From contig NW_018480078.1 in the NCBI RefSeq assembly GCF_002113885.1, positions 1,365,584 to 1,427,896 on the forward strand: a DNA stretch of 62,313 bases, in the 5' to 3' direction. The notes beneath the pieces are model-generated. The model saw nothing but the letters and a program-made list of their open reading frames with translations, ran no database searches and had not been told where the DNA came from. Position 1 is the stretch's first letter. Every line of letters starts with the position of its first letter. This document shows, piece by piece, positions 35,300 through 47,415 of the stretch. A program made the translations under genes and the position numbers. This stretch comes from Mizuhopecten yessoensis (taxonomy: Eukaryota).

Positions 35300-36290
35300 G
35301 TGATCAACATGAAGCTTCCTTAATGTAATAAGATATCTCAAGATGTGTTATATACATATATGTTCACATAATCCTATGTAAAAGTTTGTTTCAAGATTTC
35401 ATATGAACATAATATCATGTAATAAGTTGACTTCATATTCCAGATATCATATTCATATTATCGTATGTAATAACTTTTATTTCACATATCTTATACACAA
35501 AATTTATGTAGTAGGTTGATTCCAGGTTTTTAAGATTAAATATACCATACTTATGTAATCTAATGTTTACTCAAGATTTAAGTTTGATTTCAGATACCAT
35601 ATGCATCAAACCTTTTATAATAGTTTGACTGCAGATTTAATATTCACATAGTTTTATGTAAAAGAGTTGACTCCACGTATCAAATGTACACATAATCTTC
35701 TGTAACAAGCTTATTGAAGATATTCCAGATGTTAAATACCATATTCACCTACTTAAATTTAATTAGATGACTCCAGATTGCTTATTCACATTCTATTATG
35801 TAGTATGTTGACCATAGATACCATATACTGATAACAAGTCATGGTGTGATGAGATTATTCTAGATATCATAATACCATTATCTTCTGTGATATATTGATT
35901 CCAGATTTCATATCATCAAAATATTTTGCAAGTTTATTTCAGATATCATATGTACAAAATATTATGTGATAACTTGACTAGATTTCATATCATCACAATA
36001 TTATGCAAGGTTATTTCAGATATCATATGTTCAAAATATTATGTGATAACTTGACTCTAGAATTTATATCATCACAATATTATGCAAGTTTATTTCAGAT
36101 ATCATATGTACAAAATATTATGTGATAACTTGACTAGATTTCATATCATCACAATATTATGCAAGTTTATTTCAGATATCATATGTACAAAATATTATGC
36201 AATAACTTAAGTCTAGATTTCATATTCATATCATCTATTGTAAAAGTTTGACCCAAGATGTCATATAACGATGTGTAGTATGTTGATTTC
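35300..36290 (+). repeat. Degenerate ~39-bp tandem repeat with a younger 77-79 bp dimer amplification (35890-36220)
   Basis: TTCAGATATCATATGTACAAAATATTATGTGATAACTTGACTAGATTTCATATCATCACAATATTATGCAAG repeated about 4 times. Confidence 0.85.
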
Positions 36291-38589
36291 ATAAACACAT
36301 GACGTTAAGTAACATTTCAATCTGATTAAAATAAATCTTGTAATATTGATACATCCAACTAAATACATGTGCATATAATATACAAACAATAGGAAAGTAT
36401 GTAGAGGATCTTACATGATTTTCCATTTTATATGAGATTTATTAAACGAGTCTAAGAATTTTTCAATTTAGCGAGCCTCTGGCTCATATGAAATGAAAAC
36501 GAGTATATGATCCTTTTCATCACATAACCGAGATTTTTGGCATTTATTCATGTAAAACGACAATTTTCATGAAACCTTGAAATGTAAAAGCCGCCATTTT
36601 GACTCCAGTGCGTAAGACTGTGACGTCATGTACTTGTCCTTGGCGTGACGTCACAATTGAAACAATTGAAGCTTACACCCAATCACAGGGCTGATAGGTC
36701 ATATTACATGGGTTAATACGCAAAAAATATGACATGGGTATATTCACTGGATTACTCAGACATTATGTGATAAACAATATAATCAAAACAAGATTTCATC
36801 CCATTGTAGACACCCGAATATTGCCACAAAAAAACCTTCCAGATCAGATATCTAGCAAATCAGATATCCAGATATCTGGTCATATTGGAACGTTTTTGGT
36901 TTTAATGTTATTTATTTTAGTAGACATTTCAATCCTTATCAGCTAGATACCCTTTTAATGGTTAGCTATAATGAAATACAGCCAATTAATGTTAAAAGTG
37001 ACGTACATATTTAATTTTAACATTTCCAGTTAATTTACCATTTCTTTTTAAAATACCGTGTTAATAGCCAAAATTTAATGTCAAATTCATTTTTTTTCTT
37101 CATAAAATATTAATTTTACATATGAACTGTCAATAAAATTGTTAAACATTTCTCCCTCAGTATAATAACGCTATATGTCAAAAATCAACAATTATTTTCA
37201 AGATTGATGTTACGACTTTCTTCATTTCTATCGACTAAGTCGCACCATAGGTAACCATATAAAGAATATCAAGCTAACCAGGTTGAGGATATGTCCACTT
37301 TGAACAGCACCGACTCTTACAAGTAGTGCTTTAAGCGAGGAAATGGAAGCTCATGGTCAAGTTGTTCAAAGCTTGATCAGCTTAACAAAAAAGTTTACGC
37401 AAATTGTCCAAAATACCCTTTTCTCAAAGTGTGTGAGAATATGTTTTTTTGTCCTCAGACATGTTTCTATTTAGCATGGTATACTATGCTTTTTAATTTC
37501 ATGTTTAAATTTTCGTTTTCTTTGTTTATTATTTGTTTTCGAAATCATAAATTATGAAAAGAATATCTGGTAATCAAGCCTTGAGAGTAGAATTAGGACT
37601 CCGACAGTTGTCGACCATGAGCTATGGCAATAGACTGAACAATCTGACTTCATGTTATTATATAAATCACTCTCAAATTAAAATAATATTTTTTTTTATT
37701 GGAATGTAATCGAATATGATAAAAGTTATTTTGATACTAAACATTTAAGGATAATATTTTTTAATAGTTGGTACCAATGAAATTCATGATTAGATAAATG
37801 TATTGATAGGATTTCAAAACCTGTTTTAGTAGAGAAACAATAGAGAATCAAGTTCTTTTGTGTTCGTTTTTTGAATAATTTACATTATGAACATTATGAT
37901 CGTGTAAATAGCCGATTGTTCAGTCGATGAACTACGCATAACCTCACTTTTTAGGATAAAAAATATGACATAAATAAAGAATAAAATGTACTTAAGGCAC
38001 AACAGCACAATGATCCCAAGACTCGGATGGAATCAATTAAGCTAAATACAAAAATTTACTTTTTTTGTTAAATGACAATGTTGTTTTCATTGCCTAAATT
38101 TAATCGAAATTGTTTATTCACAATATTGTATTTGAATGGTATTTATTAATAAATCTTCAACAAATAAATTTTCAAGTTTTTCTTATTTTACCTGTTGTGT
38201 ATAATTTCGAACCTTTTGCTATAGAATAATACATTTTGTTTTAGAATATATTCTCATAATAAATAATGCTTATGTGCTTCTAAAATGTACTTCTCATATG
38301 GATGGAGGATAGTGTCTCGAATAAACAATGAAAAAACAATACATTAAAAAAAAGAACTAAAAAAGAACAACATTATATAAAGCATATAAAATAGGTATAT
38401 GATGTATATAACGTCTCACATATGCAGAGATATGTGACATACACACGCTCAATACAGATACGCATACCAAAGCATCATTGTCGATGTAAAGTATCCATAA
38501 CATAGCAGTCAGTGACAAAACTATTATCACTAACTGCCATAGAGGAAATATACAACCTGTTATTCATATAGATATGATCAAATTAAAAC

Positions 38590-39280
38590 TGACCTCTTGA
38601 GACAGAGTGTAGGGTACTTGTCATACAACTATAATCAAATTATAGCTACGTTCTAGGGAGAATATACCGTATCTGTCATACAGCCATAATTAAATTATGA
38701 CTAAGTTCTAGGGAGAGTATAATTAGATTATAAGGAACTTCTAGGGAGGGTGTACGGTCCCTGTCATACATACAGCTATATCCATATTATAGCTAACTTC
38801 TAGGTAGAATATACGGTCCCTGTCATACATACAGCTATATCCATATTATAGCTAACTTCTAGGGAGAGTATACGGTCCCTGTCATACATACAGCTATAAC
38901 CAGATGATAACTTACTTCTAGGGAGTGTTTACGGGACCTGTCATACAGTTATAACCATATGATAACTTATTTATAGGAAGAGTATACGGTCCCTGTCATA
39001 CTAACAGCTATAACCAAATGATAACTAACCTCTAGGGAGAGTATACGGTCCCTGTCATACAAACAGCTATAACCAGATTATAATAACCTCTAGGGAGAGT
39101 ATACGGTCCCTGTCATATTAACAGCTATAACCAGATTATAACTTATCCTCTAGGAAGAGTATACGATCCCTGTCATACTAACAGCTATAACCAGATTATA
39201 ACTTAACCTCTAGGAAGAGTATACGATCCCTGTCATACAAACAGCTATAACCAGATTATAACTTAACCTCTAGGGAGAGT
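38590..39280 (+). repeat. About 59-bp tandem repeat, about 11 copies
   Basis: TCTAGGGAGAGTATACGGTCCCTGTCATAC(AA)ACAGCTATAACCAGATTATAACTTAACC. Confidence 0.92.
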
Positions 39281-40039
39281 CTTAGGCTTTAATCTAACTT
39301 ATCAATCAATATTGAGTTCATTCTCTCTACCTTTAAAAGACCTGTTGTCATTGATATTTTATTCAAAGAATCAAGGAATAGTATAAAAATAACTTAATCG
39401 AATTATTTTTCGAGTTTTTGTGTATTAGATTAAAATAATATCTGCCGACATTTCCATTATTAAGGAACATAAAAATCAATATTGCTATTAAAATACAAAG
39501 ATATCATGTGATGTTTTGGTATGCTTACCTGTACAGATTGTGAGAACATGTGGCGAAATTTACTCGGGTGACTTAACGCAGGGATGAAAGACATAGCAAC
39601 ATTACTATTACTAAAACATACGAAGGAAAAACACACTATACAGGAAAAAGGGCGAAACTAGAAAACAGTAAAATGTGTTTTTAGTCACATTGTCTGCATA
39701 GTAGTTGTGCGAAATCAGACACACGAGTTACAACGTGCACTTAAATATCCAAAAGCAATCTTAATTAGATGTTGGTTCAATAGTCCGCGTTAGCAAAATA
39801 TCTAATTATACTAGTAAAAACTTGTATAAATGATATCCTGCACGATTAAACCAGAATTTACATAAAAATAAAAAAGAACAAGATAAATATGATTGTTTAA
39901 CAGATAGCCAGGTTTTGTAACATCTTCGAAATCAAAGGGATACGCTCTCGATATTCCTACATCTTTTCTGCAGAGTAGATATACGCTATCTCGTACGGAT
40001 CCCTTGGTTTGTTCTCCTAGAGTGAATGCGCATGCCTAT

Positions 40040-40125
40040 CTACATGTTTGAAACCAGCATTTTGACCTTTTCCTTTGGGTTTGTATTTCCCGAGTACTTG
40101 TCTTGTGGTGGCGAAACAGGAAAAG
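40040..40125 (-). CDS. Grindelwald-like copy 1: cytoplasmic tail exon
   Basis: CTTTCAG / AFPVSPPQDKYSGNTNPKEKVKMLVSNM*. Confidence 0.7.
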
Positions 40126-42695
40126 CTGAAAGCATTAAAAATAGCCATATAATGGTTTGTATAAGTTTTTGAAAACGTAGGCCCTTTCAAATGTTAACAT
40201 TGTATAATAGCTTATAGCTATTGTTTCTTGATGGTACTGGAATCGAAATAATTGAATATTTAACTCAGGGTAAATCTTTACAGTTGTTTGTGAATATCCT
40301 ACCTCTTCGGTCTTTGTTGTTAGTGGTAGTCTGTCGGTTCCGATACCACATGAACAGCATCACGGCTACTGCACCGAGACTGAAAGTCCCTAATATAATC
40401 AGCAAAAATTGGTATATCTCCATTCTCATACCTGTTAAAGAGCAATACATCTACTCAATATTTGTACGAAATTATCTAATCGAAATGAGAACATTTATCA
40501 AAAGAAATGTGGTATATTGGAATGTAGATATTTTTAAGACTTTTACATTCTGTTATGCTCACCATCTGACGATAAGGTATTGTCAAATGTTGGTGTTACA
40601 AATGACGTCAACCCTCAGGTAACACTACAGGGGAGGTAACGACTGTCTTATTATTAGTGATGGCATAATGTCGCTCATATAGCGAAAATTAGACAATCGA
40701 AATGTATGATAATTAGATGAATGGGGGCCTAACTATTACAATGTCAATATATGGATTATACGCAACGAGTACAATTAATGCCATTATAACTAAAAGGGAA
40801 TTTGATTTCAACAATTTGATATTCATCAAAGAACAAATAGTGTACCTGTTTTCTCCTTCTTAACCGCGTGGACACATTCTGCTGCAGAAATAAAATATCA
40901 CCAATATCACTTCAAGAATCATTTCATGTATTAAATAAAATGGTAGAAAAAAATTCTCTGAAAACTAAGAATTACATTCCAATAAAATTGTCTTTCTGCA
41001 AAGTTAACGTCAAAATGTTTAATCCAAAATGAAATATTCGCTTGAGATTCTTGTACATATATACAGGCTATGTATAAATTATCATAAAAACGGTTGAAAT
41101 TAGGAGCAAGAAGTATAAGATTTACAGCTCAGAACCAACTAGGTTTATCCAGCCTTAATGATTTTTATGTAGTCGTGTAAACTGATCAAGATTTGTGATA
41201 TTTGTATGTAAATACCTTTATGTAAATTTCCTACTTAACAATCTTGGTTTGTTATGCAATATTGATAATCCTAAACCTGACCAATCCACAGGTTCAGGAG
41301 ATGACATATTGCCAAATTATAGATACAATACAATACAATACAATTATAGATGTGCACTTGGAACGTTTAGTGGTAGCCTAAATGAGCGGTAGTTTAGTGG
41401 TTTGGTTAACCACTTAACATCCATTTAGTGGTTACCTATAAATAAAACCCTTCACTTTCGTAGGATTACGGGGACGCCTCATCAAAACCTCTATGTTTCT
41501 AATACCGTACTAACCACAGTCAATCACGTTGTGATACTGTTAAGTCACATAGTGGCATCTAACAAAGATGGATTTTATAAAAAAAAATATACAGAATTTC
41601 TTCTAAGTTTTGAATCACAATCAGTGGCGTAGCATACATGTATGCTTATATGCTCAAGCATACACTAAAATTTTCATTTTTTTATCTTATCTATTCAATC
41701 ATTTCCCTTTTCTATGATTAATATGGACCGTCCGTATCAATCATAAAAAGGGGGGGGGGGGGGGGAGGAAACAATCTTTAATATTTTAGTCTGATAATTT
41801 AAGAATCTCGAGAGGTTTATGTATATCAAAACCTACTTAGTGAAGTTAAAAATTTAATATAATTCATATTAAAAGTCGGGTTTTACTAGTTAATAATCAG
41901 ACGCATCCGACGCTCGACCCCCTGTAAGCATATACACTCCGAAAAATGATTTGCTACGCCACTGCCAATCGTTGTCAAAAAACAACTTCTGTTGAAAATT
42001 CTACTTACCAGTATTGTTTGCACTATTCGCGGCGAGAGGGGCCTGTAGGGTTAACCTGTCGACTGAAAAGAAAACAGCGAAATATGAACTCCAACGTTTG
42101 CTACAGCATAGTGCCTGAGTGGTTGTTGATGTGATTTGATTTCAATTGAAGATGTACCAATAATATGTATTTCATCTTCTTTAAGGAAAACTTGTAACCA
42201 GCTATGAAATAGTTGACTCATGGTTCTTATGAATTAATTAATCCAAGTGACATTTCAAGTGAAGAAGTTTTGTGTGAACAAATACTTCAATATTAATGCA
42301 AAGTAATCACTCATTGAGTCAAGAGCTATGTCAGCATCCAGTTCAGACATAATATGTATTTTATGGCAAATGCAAGCAATTGCCTTTAATTACCACTAAT
42401 ATTTTTTTGTAAAACTGGAACGTGTTTATAACGATAATAGATAACAAATACAAAACTCACTCGCTTCACAGTAGAAGTAGCACTGGGCAAGCATTCCTCC
42501 GTCAAAGCCGGGTGTGTTGCAGACCGCTTCATTGCATGGGAAGCATTGCTGTTGGTAGCAATACTCTTTCATTATGTTACACGAGGAATCCCCACACTGG
42601 ACCAATACATGCTTTAGTATTGGTCTTCCAGTTGTTGGTAGGGTTGTCGCAGCCATTACCATAATGGCTAACAGGCATGCGATGCTGGGTCCCAT
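40040..42695 (-). CDS. Grindelwald-like single-CRD TNF-receptor-type membrane protein, copy 1, intact, 179 aa
   Basis: Exons 42461-42695, 42009-42062, 40846-40881, 40303-40431 and 40040-40125 have GT-AG phase-1 introns and total 540 nt open. Signal peptide MGPSIACLLAIMVMAA; CRD CGDSSCNIMKEYCYQQQCFPCNEAVCNTPGFDGGMLAQCYFYC; short stalk; TM IYQFLLIILGTFSLGAVAVMLFMWY followed by RNR; short tail ending KMLVSNM*. Confidence 0.8.
40303..40431 (-). CDS. Grindelwald-like copy 1: transmembrane exon
   Basis: GMRMEIYQFLLIILGTFSLGAVAVMLFMWYRNRQTTTNNKDRR / GTAGGA. Confidence 0.8.
40846..40881 (-). CDS. Grindelwald-like copy 1: 36-nt stalk micro-exon
   Basis: TTTCTGCAG / AECVHAVKKEKT / GTACAC; phase 1-1. 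Confidence 0.65.
41622..41964. mobile_element. Non-autonomous DNA transposon in an intron of Grindelwald-like copy 1
   Basis: Perfect TIR CAGTGGCGTAGCA / TGCTACGCCACTG; flanks ACAAT and CCAAT (near 5-bp TSD). Confidence 0.75.
42009..42062 (-). CDS. Grindelwald-like copy 1: stalk exon
   Basis: TTTTCTTTTCAG / IDRLTLQAPLAANSANNT / GTAAGT. Confidence 0.75.
42461..42695 (-). CDS. Grindelwald-like copy 1: signal peptide plus CRD exon
   Basis: TTTTACAG acceptor 7 nt before the ATG; 8-Cys domain; GTGAGT donor. Confidence 0.85.
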
Positions 42696-43673
42696 TCTCA
42701 GTCTGTAAAATAATAAGAGACTTTGTACACTTCATGGCCTTCTCTATAAAATGATATAACCGCATACTAATGCAAACAAAACACAGTTTTAAAAACAAGT
42801 CTCATCGTATTATTTTATATATATATATGACATTAGAACAGGAGGCAGCTTAATACTTTTTTTAATTTCATATTTCTATTTATATTGGCAGTCAATTGAT
42901 AATTATAATTTTCAAAAAAGAAAAGGATTAAAGAATATTACAGCCAACGGCTGGTTGTGGCCAGGAGAGGTTTTTCCTAATATCTTATTTCTAGTGAATA
43001 AGTCTCCAGGATTTGTGTCATGATAGGAGATTTTTTTTTATCAAGGTTCAAGACGACAAATATTGAATATTCATTATTTATCATTCTTCTATAAGGTAAT
43101 ATAGCAATCACTTTTGAAGTATCGTTCACTCCATTTGTTGTGTTCCGGGTAATTTTTGTATGGTTTGTTATGCGTTTCTGGAATCATTAGATATACCGTG
43201 TATTTGTTTTAGTAATATACTGTTAATCTCCTTTGTTTCTTATTTATAGATTTAGTGATGTTATTGTTTCTGTTCATGTGCTAAGATCGAATTTCACCTA
43301 CATTTTTGTACAAATAGTTAACTGTCACGGTTACGATCACGTGCTCAGTTCATAGCTAGTGTACATGATTTATGCATGAACATTTGAGTGTTAAAATGCA
43401 AATGATCGTATGTTTGTTAACCTGTTAGACTACACACTCTAACTGTGAATAGAATAAAGTTTGGCGTCACGATCTGCTTTATGAGACAAAGTTATAGTCT
43501 CATAACTTTCAGCTCATTTTGTTAGGTTTTGATGTTGACAATGCAGAGCAAATACTTTTGTATGTCAATACGTTAAAATATATCTGACTACACAAGCTGT
43601 TATCCTATTCATGAAGTATATTATTCAACATGTAAAAGAAAATATCATTTATGAAATCGCAAAAAACACCTAC

Positions 43674-43800
43674 TTTATATCGTCTCCGACAATCCGTTGT
43701 TTAGATATGGTCCTGCTTCCTCTGGGCCACTTCGAAAGTCCTTCAATTTAATTACAATTTCAATTGCATATACACTAAACACGCTGAAAATTTTCTATGT
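43674..43800 (-). other. Putative non-coding first exon of Grindelwald-like copy 1 (5' boundary uncertain)
   Basis: The ATG exon begins with an acceptor. A good donor (AAA/GTAGGT) lies at 43672-43673 with no in-frame upstream ATG. Confidence 0.35.
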
Positions 43801-44615
43801 ATAAATAGAACACTATAAATAATATAATATGGAAAATCCAATACACAACTGAATCATGGGATATATCATGCTACCATACCTGTACATTCCTGTGACCTAC
43901 AGGTGTATATCAATGTTACATAATCATAGCAAACTGGACAATTGTGTGCGCAATACTTTCCAAATTATCAATTGAATGGAAGGCGAATAGACTGGAAACA
44001 CGTGTTTAATTATATTAACCAACATTGCGCCTTCATTCCCCCTTGACCATGTTAGGGTCTAAAAAGCTTAAATGTACTTTCGTGTGTTATTGCGTTCTCA
44101 CAAGTTTATAAATGTCAATAATATCTATCTGTTATATAGGATAACGTTCCGTGTGTTATGAAACAAATCATCAATATTCGCTAAATACTATGGTTAACTC
44201 TGCAAGGGAAAATAAAAGATGATGATGGTGACAGTTATATCAAATGCATTAGTTATGATATATACAGAACCGTTATGGATTTGTGTAATACTCCCTCATT
44301 TTATCGCTTGCTATTTTGATTGATACAATTTATTATTATCATATTTTATACTAGTGACTAAACTTAATCAGTAGTATATATATAGAGAAAAAGAACCGCA
44401 AAGGAACAGAGGTTTGTAGTTATCAGCAGTGATAAAACACCTCTTCCGAATAAGATAAAAATGACTATTATTCCTGCAGTACTTTCTAAACAATCAAATA
44501 CTTTCGAATATGTTTGACAATATTACAAAACATACTATGAATAATGTGGAACAAATTATTTGATATGTACTACCAACGTACAGGGAATGGAATTGCGAGG
44601 ATTTTTGTCGTTCAG

Positions 44616-46538
44616 TTATTATTCCCGAAGGGCCAAGTGAGCTTATGTCATACTGCAGCGTCCGTCGTCTGTCGTCCGTCAACTTTTTACATTTTAATCT
44701 TCTTCTTCAAACCTACTGGGCCAATTTTGACCAAACTTGACATGAAATACCACTAGGACCCAGGGGTTATTTCATTATTAAATTATGAAATGTATAGGGC
44801 TACGCCCCTAGGGGCCTGAGGGGCGGGGCCAATTGGATAAAAAAATGGAGTCATCTTTAAAATTCTTCTTCTCTTCTCCTACAAGTAGTAGAGAGTAATG
44901 GCCCTAGGGTCAAGGAGTCAAGAGGGAGGGCGGGGTCAATATTGTGTACATTTAAATTTCTTCTTCAAAACTGCTGGGCCAATTTCGACCAAATTTGACT
45001 TGGAACATCACTAGGATATGGGGATCTGACTTTATGAAATTTTTGGGGCTGCACTCCCAGGGGCCTGAGGGGTGGGGCCAAATAGGTAAAGAATGGGGTA
45101 ATCTTTAAAAATCTTCTTCTCTACTCCTTCAAGTAGCAGAAAGTAACTGCACATTTAATTATAATCATCAACTAGCTTTCTTTTGAATTTATGAAATTTA
45201 TGACCCTGGGGTCAAGGGGTCAAGGGGTCAAGGGGTCAAGGGGTCAAGGGGTCAAGTGGTAGGGTGGGGTCAAAATTATATGTTATGGATCGTTGTATCT
45301 TTGAAACAGTTGAGACCCCCACCCCATAACCATATATAGTATTGCAGGGCATCAAGAGATAAATACAATCATGATGTAAAAATAGGCACTGGGTTTTTTC
45401 CCCAACCCTAGGGACTTAGTTTCTGGGTTATATCTTTGAAACCGTTGAGATCCCCACCCGATAACCATATATATCATTGCTGGGCATCAAGAGATAAACA
45501 CAAGCATGATGTAAAAATAGGCCTTGGGGTCTTTCCCCGCCTCTAGGGACTTAGTTTCTGGGTTATATGTTTGAAACCGTTGAGATCCCCACCCGATAAC
45601 CATATATAGCATTGCTTGGCATCAAGAGATAAACACAAGCATGATGTAAAAATAGGCCACTGGGTCTTTCCCCACCCCTAGGGACTTAGTTTCTGGGTTA
45701 TATGTTTGAAACCGTTGAGATCCCCACCCCATAACCACATATAGCATTGCTGGGCATCAAGAGATAAACACAAGCATAATGTAAAAATAGGCCTTGGGGT
45801 CTTTCCCCACCTCTAGGGACTTAGTTTCCGGGTTATATATTTGAAACCGTTGAGATCCCCACCCCATAACCACATATAGCATTGCTGGGCATCAAGAGAT
45901 AAACACAATCATTATGTAAAAATAGGCCACTGGGTCTTTCCTAATCCGGATGGACTTAGTTTCTGGGTTATATCTTTAAAACAGTTGAGATCCCCACCCT
46001 AACCATAACCATATATACAATTACTGAGTATAAAAACGAATGAACATATGTTTCCAGGATGGCCCTGGGGTTTACCCCACCCTTGGAGACTTGACCCCTT
46101 GGTCATAACTTCGAAATGAAAAAAGATCCCCATCCCAAAACTTTATATACAAATGCTGCGCATGAGGAGATGGGGTCTGCCCAACCCTTGTAGACTTAAC
46201 CCCTGGGTCACAACTTTGAAACGGTTGAGATCCCCAACCCAAAAGTATATATACAAATGCTGGGCATAAAGAGACGAATGCAGTCATGATATTACAATTG
46301 ATCCTGGGGTCTTGCCACAACCCTAGAGGCTTAGTTTCTGAGTCACAGATTGGAAACAGTTGAGATCCTGACCCCATAACCATACATAAAATTGCTGGGA
46401 ATGAAAAATCTAATACAGATATGCTACAAGGATTGGCCTAGGGGTCTGACCCATTCCCTTGGACCTTATTTAGAGAATATTTTGCCATGATTGCTTAGAT
46501 ATCAAGGTGAGAGATACAGGTCCTCTGGGCCTCTTGTT
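44616..46538 (+). mobile_element. Non-autonomous Helentron/HINE (DINE-1-like) element with an internal 135-bp tandem array
   Basis: 5' end GTGAGCTTATG..(CGTC)n microsatellite. Six 135-bp units start at 45306, 45441, 45576, 45711, 45846 and 45981. 3' end CAAGGTGAGAGATACAGGTCCTCTGGGCCTCTTGTT. Confidence 0.75.
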
Positions 46539-46954
46539 TAAATGTACAGGCGAAACTTTAATCAACTGGAATTTGGATACTAAACATTAAATGTAAATGG
46601 AGGAATTAATATATTCCATCCAGACTCATGTCTCTGTAAAAAGTTTGTTTTGGGCTCATAGATTTTCCTCAAAATGATAAAGAATCAAAGCACTTTGGGA
46701 ATCATGTTTCAGGAACAATGTAAACCAACATTTATTGAGAATATTGTTTATTTCTGTGATATTTGAAAACAATATGTTTGCACACGCACACCCATTAATA
46801 TTACCAAATCGAAAACAAAATCACCTGAACATGTATTCCTGAAGCATCCATGAAGACACTATTATCAGGAAAACTATGAAAAAATGGTTCACATTTCCAG
46901 AATAATGACAGGCTAAGGGCACGAGTCAAGCCTGATTACCTGAGTGGGAACATG

Positions 46955-47415
46955 TTCTGAACAGTGTAAAGGTATTTTATGCATGCTTTACATGTTTGTT
47001 TTACCTTCAGACAGCCTTGATGACTTTGTGCTTCATTGTGATATATTACATGCATATACATACCATCATTCTGAACAGTGTAAATGTAAATTATGCATGC
47101 TTTACATGTTTGTTTTACCTTCAGACAGCCTTGATGACTTTGTGCTTCATTGTGATATATTACATGCATATACATACCATCATTCTGAACAGTGTAAATG
47201 TAAATTATGCATGCTTTACATGTTTGTTTTACCTTCAGTCAGCCTTGATGACTTTGTGCTTCATTGTGACATATTACATGGATATACATACCATCATTCT
47301 CAACAGTGTAAAGGTAAATTATGCATGCTTTACATGTTTTTTTTACCTTCAGTCAGCCTTGATGACTTTGTGCTTCATTGTGATATATTACATGGATATA
47401 CATACCATCATTCTG
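46955..47415 (+). repeat. 114-bp tandem repeat, 4 copies
   Basis: Units start at 46955, 47069, 47183 and 47297. Confidence 0.95.

Noticed and set aside
40040-40125. Canonical TRAF-binding motif in the receptor tails
   Set aside because: PPQDK (copy 1) and VQKET (copies 2 and 3) only loosely resemble PxQxT or PxExx motifs; not claimed
40221-40622. 133-aa plus-strand ORF
   Set aside because: Antisense shadow of the TM exon of receptor copy 1
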